Source of the DNA: Deltaproteobacteria bacterium
Lineage (GTDB): Bacteria; Desulfobacterota; Desulfomonilia; UBA1062
Reading direction: 5' to 3'
Assembly (NCBI GenBank): GCA_029574005.1
Contig: JAKQBR010000178.1
Location: 1 to 48,204 of the forward strand
Length of the DNA stretch: 48,204 bases
Shown here: piece after piece, positions 44,377 to 48,204 of the stretch
Layout: the number at the start of each line of letters is the position of its first letter
Position numbering within the stretch: the stretch's first letter is position 1
Program-made: the position numbers and the translations under genes
The notes under the pieces: generated by a model
The model's database searches: none
Seen by the model: the letters and a program-made list of their open reading frames with translations, nothing else
What the model was told of the DNA's origin: nothing

Positions 44377-47112
44377 TCAGGGTCGTCTTTCGATCGCGCG
44401 CAGGATATCATCCATCTTCTTCAGTTCGTTGCCGTAGTTTGCCCAGTCGCCCTGCTTCAGGTATTCCTGCGACTTGCGGTAGTGCCCCAAGGCCTCGATG
44501 GCCAGCTGGCGGTCGGTCTTTTCCATGACCGTGGCGGCAGCGGCTATGGGGCCGGCAGTCTTACCCGGCAGCACTTCGCCGCCGAAGATCTTCTGGAGGG
44601 CGAGCTCAAGATTGCCCTCCATGGATATCGAGTTGCCGTAGGCGGCGATGACACGTTTGAGCTCCGGCAGCTGCCCCTTTTCGGCCGCCAGATAGAGCGG
44701 TTCCACATACAGGATGGACTTCTCGATCGGTATGGCCAGAAGCCCCCCGCGAATCACCTGGGAGCCGCTCTGGTTCCACAGCGAGATCTGCTTGGATATC
44801 TCGGCATCCTGATCGATCCTGGCCTCGATCTGGCGCGGGCCGTAGACCAGCTTCTGCTTGGGGAAGTTATAGACGATGACCCTGCCGTAGTGCGGGGCAT
44901 CGCAGCGCACCGCCATCCAGGCCGACATGTTGTCCTTGTTGCGGGGCGTGAAGGGCAACAGCATGATGAATTCTTCCTTGGCCTCGCCGGGCAGCTTCAT
45001 GATCGTGTAGTAGGGGTCCATGATCTCCTCGCTGCCCTTGGTGCTGGTGGCGGGGATGGCCCACAGGTCTTCCTTGTTGTAGAAGACCTGGGGGTCCTGC
45101 ATGTGGTAGGCGAGATACATGCGGGCCTGGATACCCATCATGCCCGCGGGATAGCGCAGATGCCGCTGCAGCTCGACCGGCATGTCCTTGAGCGGCCTGA
45201 GCAGGCCGGGAAAGATCTTGGCATAGGTCTTCAGGATGGGGTCGCCCTCGTCACTGGCATACAGGGTCACGCTGCCGTCATAGGCATCCACCACGGCCTT
45301 GATGGAGTTGCGGATATAGTTCCCGAGCCGTGAGGTCGGTTCGGAGTACGGGTAACGATCGGTCACGGTATAGCCGTCCACAATCCATAACAGACGCCCC
45401 TGGGGTGATACGACCAGGTACGGATCGGGGTCGAGACGCGCAAACGGCGCGATGCGGGCCACGCGCTCCCTGATATTGCGATAGTACATGACGCGGGTCT
45501 CGGAGGTGATGTCGTCGGAAAGCAGGATGGTCAAGGCGCCGAAGCGGGCCGCATAGAGCAGCTTGCGCAGGAAGGTCAGGGGCACGCCGCCCTGGCCTTC
45601 ATACCGGGCGTAGACATTCTTCTCTCCTACCGGATAATCGAACTCCGGGCGCTTGCCCTTGACGAAGACATACTCGTTGGACTGCTCGCCGAAATAGATC
45701 TCCGGTCTGGTGACCGTGATGTCCGTGGATGCCACGGGCGGTATGTCCTTGATGAAGAATTCCGGCAGCCCCTCCGGGGTGATGCGGTTTACCGGGCCCA
45801 TGACCACGCCGTAGCCATGCGTGTAGGTCAGGTGCTCATTCACCCAGGTGCGCGAAGGCAGGGCGCTGTATGACAGCTCGCGGGGTGAAAGCATGACCTG
45901 CCGGTACTCGCCGCCCACGGTGTAGCGGTCGTTGTCGACATCGATGAATTTATAGTAGGTGCGGATCTCCTGGATCTGGGCGAAGGTCCTCAAGAGCGGC
46001 GCATGGTCCCAGAGCCGGATGTTCTTGATGGTCAGATCGTTGCGCTTGAGGTCTTCGAGCCTCAGGTCATCCTCGGCCGGGAAGACGCGATCCTCTATAT
46101 TGTCCAGCCCGTAGGCCAGGCGGGTATAGTGGATGTTGCGTTCCAGGTATGGCTTCTCCAGGACGATCTCGTTGGGGATGACCTTGAAGCGCTGCACAAA
46201 GGCCGGATACAGGCTGCGTCCGGCAATCAGCACGGCCAGGAAGAAAACGACCGCCGTCGCCGGGACGCGCCAGGATGGCTTGAATATGCTGAACACCAGC
46301 GCCGCCGCGCATACTCCGCTCAGGACCATGAGGGTCTTGAGGACCCAGACCTGCGTGGTGGCTTCCGTGTAGCCAGCCCCGAAGACCACGCCGCGCCTCA
46401 CGTTCAAGAGCTCGGCCTGATCGATCCAGAACCCTAGGACGGAGGTGAGGAAGACGGCGGCCAGCAGGACCAGCAGGTGCACCCGGGCGCCGGGCAGCAA
46501 CCGTACCGTTTTGGGCGGAATGATGAACAGGGCGCGGCGGGCGACATAGATGAAACCGGCCGACATGGCCGCAATCACCAGCGCCGTCAACAGCGTGGCA
46601 TGGATTTGCTGAAAGAACGGCAGCTTGAAGACGTAGAACCCGATGTCACGGCCGAAGATGGGGTCATCGATCCCGAAGGGGGAGGAATGTACGAAACGCT
46701 GAAAGAGATCCCACTGAGCGGCCGCCTGCAAGGCGGCGAAGAGGGCGAAGACGACCGACAGGCCAAGGGCGAGCCCCTTCATGGGGCGGGACTGAAGGTT
46801 CTGGGTTGGAAAAGGGATGACACCGTCGGGGTACACGACCGGTATGCCGTCGGTCAGTCGGATGGCCACGAAGAGATTGACGGCGAGGATGAGGAAGAAC
46901 AGGGCGCCGAAAACGAGGCCGACCAGGATCTGCGACTTAAGGGTGACGCTGAAGACTTGCTCGTAGCCGACCTCCTGAAACCAGAACCAGTCCGTGATCA
47001 ACCCCACTGCCTGCCAGACCAGGAGACCGATGACGAAGAGAGCGATCAGGACGGCGCCCAGACCGCCCTGCGGCGGGTTTCGGCGCGACTGGAACAGCGA
47101 TGCAAGGTTCAT
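44377..47112 (-). CDS. UPF0182-family large membrane protein
   Basis: I start at ATG 47112 (GGAG upstream); the track uses 47163. N-terminal TM bundle with WFWFQEVGY, then a large soluble region (...YTHGYGVVMGP..., ...IAYGNSISMEG...). I recognise this as the UPF0182/COG1615 pattern from memory. Confidence 0.8.
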   Translation of the reverse strand: MNLASLFQSRRNPPQGGLGAVLIALFVIGLLVWQAVGLITDWFWFQEVGYEQVFSVTLKSQILVGLVFGALFFLILAVNLFVAIRLTDGIPVVYPDGVIPFPTQNLQSRPMKGLALGLSVVFALFAALQAAAQWDLFQRFVHSSPFGIDDPIFGRDIGFYVFKLPFFQQIHATLLTALVIAAMSAGFIYVARRALFIIPPKTVRLLPGARVHLLVLLAAVFLTSVLGFWIDQAELLNVRRGVVFGAGYTEATTQVWVLKTLMVLSGVCAAALVFSIFKPSWRVPATAVVFFLAVLIAGRSLYPAFVQRFKVIPNEIVLEKPYLERNIHYTRLAYGLDNIEDRVFPAEDDLRLEDLKRNDLTIKNIRLWDHAPLLRTFAQIQEIRTYYKFIDVDNDRYTVGGEYRQVMLSPRELSYSALPSRTWVNEHLTYTHGYGVVMGPVNRITPEGLPEFFIKDIPPVASTDITVTRPEIYFGEQSNEYVFVKGKRPEFDYPVGEKNVYARYEGQGGVPLTFLRKLLYAARFGALTILLSDDITSETRVMYYRNIRERVARIAPFARLDPDPYLVVSPQGRLLWIVDGYTVTDRYPYSEPTSRLGNYIRNSIKAVVDAYDGSVTLYASDEGDPILKTYAKIFPGLLRPLKDMPVELQRHLRYPAGMMGIQARMYLAYHMQDPQVFYNKEDLWAIPATSTKGSEEIMDPYYTIMKLPGEAKEEFIMLLPFTPRNKDNMSAWMAVRCDAPHYGRVIVYNFPKQKLVYGPRQIEARIDQDAEISKQISLWNQSGSQVIRGGLLAIPIEKSILYVEPLYLAAEKGQLPELKRVIAAYGNSISMEGNLELALQKIFGGEVLPGKTAGPIAAAATVMEKTDRQLAIEALGHYRKSQEYLKQGDWANYGNELKKMDDILRAIERRP

Positions 47113-47193
47113 GGCAGCTCCTTTTTTGTGTAAAGACCCGTAGAGTTGATCGACGACATGCAATCGTTTCGACGTGTCAGTATAGTGTGATCA

Positions 47194-47243
47194 TTCACGG
47201 GTGTCAACCTTCACGGACACCTTCACGGTCAGGTCTGTCACGG
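47194..47243. promoter_or_regulatory. Four direct TCACGG repeats in divergent promoter region
   Basis: TTCACGG at 47194, 47210 and 47222, and GTCACGG at 47237 (spacings 16, 12, 15 nt). They lie between the UPF0182 start (47112, minus) and the mepK-like start (47367, plus). Confidence 0.35.
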
Positions 47244-47316
47244 TCAAGTGATCCGGCGATCCGACCGAAAGGATGGCGATAGAACCTGACGTAAAGAGGC
47301 AGGTACGGAAAACAGA

Positions 47317-47346
47317 TTGACAAGCACCGGATCGATTCGGTAAATC
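47317..47346 (+). promoter_or_regulatory. Candidate sigma-70-type promoter for the mepK-like gene
   Basis: TTGACA (47317-47322), an 18-nt spacer, then TAAATC (47341-47346). The spacer and -10 overlap a 7-bp inverted repeat, ACCGGAT..ATCCGGT (47326-47350). AAAGG RBS precedes ATG 47367. Confidence 0.3.
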
Positions 47347-47366
47347 CGGTCGTTAAAAGGTAATCT

Positions 47367-47951
47367 ATGGCAGACAAACCGCAGCCGAGCGCACCCATAG
47401 ACACCATCACCATGGGCCGCCGGAGATTCTTGAAGGTCTCGGCCATGGCAGTGGGCGGATGTTTTCTGCCCGGCACGTTCACCGGCGCCCTTCATGCGGC
47501 CGTTCGTCCCGAGCGGTCGCTCTCGTTCTACAACCTGCATACGGGCGAGGGTTTGAACACCATCTACTGGGCCGAGGGGCAGTATATCCCCGAGGCCTTG
47601 GCTCAGATCAACCACATCCTGCGCGACCACCGCAGCGGTGAGGTGGCCTCAATCGACGCCCGCCTGCTCGATCTGCTGCACGAGCTCTGCGGACACATGC
47701 GCACACAATCGCGCCTCCATGTCATCTCAGGTTACCGATCACCGCATACCAATGCCATCCTGCGGGAGCACCGCACCGGGATAGCCCGCAACAGCCTGCA
47801 TACGCAAGGGAAAGCCATCGATATCCGCCTGCCCGGCCACAGCCTGGCATCCCTGCGCCAGGCCGCCGTGCGCTTGAGGGGCGGCGGGGTAGGCTACTAC
47901 CCCGATTCCGACTTCGTGCACATGGATACCGGCCGCGTGCGGTACTGGTAG
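47367..47951 (+). CDS. mepK: Tat-exported DUF882 / peptidase M15A family protein (MepK/YcbK-like murein endopeptidase)
   Basis: 194 aa. Twin-arginine signal MGRRRFLKVSAMAVGG. Motifs are ISGYRSPHTN, SLHTQGKAIDIRL and DFVHMD (zinc ligands of the M15 fold). Confidence 0.85.
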   Translation: MADKPQPSAPIDTITMGRRRFLKVSAMAVGGCFLPGTFTGALHAAVRPERSLSFYNLHTGEGLNTIYWAEGQYIPEALAQINHILRDHRSGEVASIDARLLDLLHELCGHMRTQSRLHVISGYRSPHTNAILREHRTGIARNSLHTQGKAIDIRLPGHSLASLRQAAVRLRGGGVGYYPDSDFVHMDTGRVRYW

Positions 47952-47967
47952 GATCAGACGACCGGAT

Positions 47968-48204
47968 ATGAAGCCCTGCCTGAGATTCATTCTGGTGCTG
48001 GGCCTTCTCTTTCTCCCCGTCACCCTCCACGCGGTCCAGGATGAGACCCTGGCGGAACTCATACGGCAACGCTTCGAAAACGTGACCCTGAACAAGGGAT
48101 TGCGCGTGGGGGGATGCGATCTTTCATCCCTGTACATCATGCCGCGCCTCTACCAGCAGCGCGACTACCGGCCGATATGGGTCGACGAGGATCGCATCGA
48201 TCAG
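47968..48204 (+). CDS. N-terminal fragment of a YcbB/LdtD-like L,D-transpeptidase (runs off window)
   Basis: ATG 47968 lies 16 nt after the mepK-like stop. It encodes the signal peptide MKPCLRFILVLGLLFLPVTLHA, then ...LYQQRDYRPIWVDEDRIDQ, which resembles the N-terminal region of YcbB-type proteins. The call rests mainly on synteny with ycbK in E. coli. Confidence 0.45.
   Translation, partial: MKPCLRFILVLGLLFLPVTLHAVQDETLAELIRQRFENVTLNKGLRVGGCDLSSLYIMPRLYQQRDYRPIWVDEDRIDQ

Noticed and set aside
44323-45333. 336-aa plus-strand ORF opposite the UPF0182 gene, starting inside the 51-nt hairpin
   Set aside because: It is a shadow frame, and its TTG start lies within the inverted repeat.
1-48204. 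CRISPR arrays, tRNA/rRNA genes, tRNA-Sec or SECIS elements, transposases/integrases, prophage or known defence systems (RM, TA, CBASS, retron and similar)
   Set aside because: I saw no spaced direct-repeat array, no T-arm/acceptor-like tRNA signature in any intergenic gap, no recombinase-like ORF and no in-frame TGA-split gene. The patatins are not accompanied by cyclase or other defence partners. Absence was judged by eye only.

Overview
This is a 48.2-kb GC-rich chromosomal segment, about 60 percent G+C or more by eye. It comes from a Gram-negative-type bacterium: it has a Pal lipoprotein, LPS/O-antigen-style sugar genes and a type-A RNase P RNA. The gene content includes split gcvPA/gcvPB, fused IcmF, SelA, hydrogenase-style DRTGG/PHP/HATPase genes and a long acyl-CoA dehydrogenase with an Fe-S partner. 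That mix suggests an anaerobic Desulfobacterota/deltaproteobacterium-like organism, but this is inference only. I call 45 plausible protein genes (two cut by the window edges), one doubtful small ORF and one ncRNA (rnpB, minus strand ~40828-41198, absent from the ORF track). I also call two terminator-like hairpins and a few repeats and operator-like palindromes. Layout: (1-853) receiver-TPR regulator. (1009-7798) surface-glycan locus with GT2, SDR epimerase/dehydratase, DegT aminotransferase, several GT-B transferases and a hexapeptide acetyltransferase. (7912-12988) orphan Cache-like sensor, long ACAD, Cys-rich ferredoxin-like protein and thiolase. (13206-15242) nhaA and pal. (15420-22515) one same-strand run of beta-carbonic anhydrase, a DRTGG/HATPase/DRTGG/PHP/HATPase module, icmF, corrinoid adenosyltransferase and a terminator. 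(22538-28099) lipoprotein, HDOD protein, miaA, mutL and pgi. (28189-29433) SprA-related HExxH protein and a 528-bp gap with a G9 tract. (29470-33616) patatin-selA-patatin-rluD. (33631-41198) one minus-strand run of rnpB, an unknown protein, folD, gcvT-H-PA-PB, an ECF sigma factor and an RsrA-like anti-sigma factor. (41236-47112) spermidine-synthase-like membrane protein, pcm and UPF0182. (47367-48204) mepK-like and ldtD-like genes. I saw no rRNA, tRNA, CRISPR array, transposase, integrase, phage gene or recognisable defence gene. Many long ORFs in the supplied track are antisense shadows typical of GC-rich DNA. The items most worth a second look are the hydrogenase-less DRTGG/HATPase/PHP module next to IcmF, the gcv operon translationally coupled to a redox-type sigma/anti-sigma pair, the unrecognisable lower-GC protein behind rnpB, and selA embedded between two patatin genes. 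All family calls rest on motif recognition in the supplied translations. No search or alignment was run.
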